From: a bacterium
GTDB taxonomy: Bacteria > J088 > JAWLBW01
DNA length: 64,000 bases
Assembly: GCA_041690355.1 (NCBI GenBank)
Contig: JAWLHK010000005.1
Location: forward strand, 62,001-126,000
Reading direction: 5' to 3'
Part shown: positions 63,613-64,000 of the stretch, piece after piece
Layout: the number at the start of each line of letters is the position of its first letter
Numbering within the stretch: the stretch's first letter is position 1
The notes under the pieces: generated by a model
The model's input: the letters and a program-made list of their open reading frames with translations, nothing else
Databases searched by the model: none
Told to the model about the DNA's origin: nothing
Translations under genes and position numbers: made by a program

Positions 63613-64000
63613 TCAGTCCGGCGGAATTTGTCGGCGCGAGGTGTTCGACAGAACGATGAGGTTCGCCTCAATGCCGGCCCCCCGCCCCCCCCCTCCGGCA
63701 CCGGCCAGCGTTGAAAGCACGATGTCGCGCACGCCGCGGCCCTGCAGATCGCCCGACGCCATGGCCATCCACGGCTTGCCGTTCACCGCGGGCACGTTGC
63801 GCGGCGTGAAGGCGGCGGCCCCCGCTGCGCCGGTGTTCTCGAGCAGCACGAAGCTTTCGGCACGCACCGCCTTCGGATCGGGAAACAGTGCGATGGCCGC
63901 CAGATCGATGCGGCCGTCGCCCGTGAAGTCTTCGGCGAGCACCTGGCCCACGCCGTGCATCGGGTAGAAAAACGATTTCGCAAAGTGCCCCTTGCCGTCG
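63613..64000 (-). CDS. C-terminal part of an FG-GAP/VCBS repeat protein (partial)
   Basis: EDFTGDGRIDLAAI and GDLQGRGVRDIVL repeats; frame open to the right edge. Confidence 0.75.
   Translation of the reverse strand, partial: DGKGHFAKSFFYPMHGVGQVLAEDFTGDGRIDLAAIALFPDPKAVRAESFVLLENTGAAGAAAFTPRNVPAVNGKPWMAMASGDLQGRGVRDIVLSTLAGAGGGGRGAGIEANLIVLSNTSRRQIPPD

Overview
GC-rich bacterial chromosomal window. A TIGR02147 gene, CFI-box-like and MYXO-CTERM-like domains and many lipoproteins suggest a deltaproteobacterial-type (Myxococcota/Bdellovibrionota-like) host; this is inference. The housekeeping backbone comprises secA, a HAD hydrolase, a complete glgE-treS/mak-malQ-glgB-treZ-GH57-treY alpha-glucan/trehalose operon, folC, a Crp-family regulator, a CHASE2 adenylate cyclase, a bile-acid:Na symporter-like gene and a pteridine-reductase-like SDR. 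Main accessory signals: (1) a 6.4-10.7 kb orphan RHS toxin/immunity patchwork in which each RHS fragment is headed, in frame, by a duplicated ~570-bp cassette carrying a four-helix-bundle (IVS/Avd-like) gene; the complete copy has inverted heptamer-repeat ends, and a third, diverged four-helix gene is bracketed by a different inverted heptamer; (2) an RHS core with an internal CFI-box-CTERM-like domain; (3) a window-wide family of intergenic heptamer arrays, G4-type octamer arrays and hairpin repeats, one block of which sits in frame inside treZ; (4) an UnbU(RnfD-like)-UnbV(CRTAC1) fusion next to an HTTM gene pair; (5) a giant lipoprotein with three CXXC-less DsbA-like domains; (6) a BPI/LBP-like surface-protein operon; (7) a lipoprotein gene captured between duplicated HAD 3' ends. 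No rRNA, tRNA, CRISPR, transposase, integrase or reverse transcriptase was recognised. All family assignments are by eye from motifs; no database searches were run.
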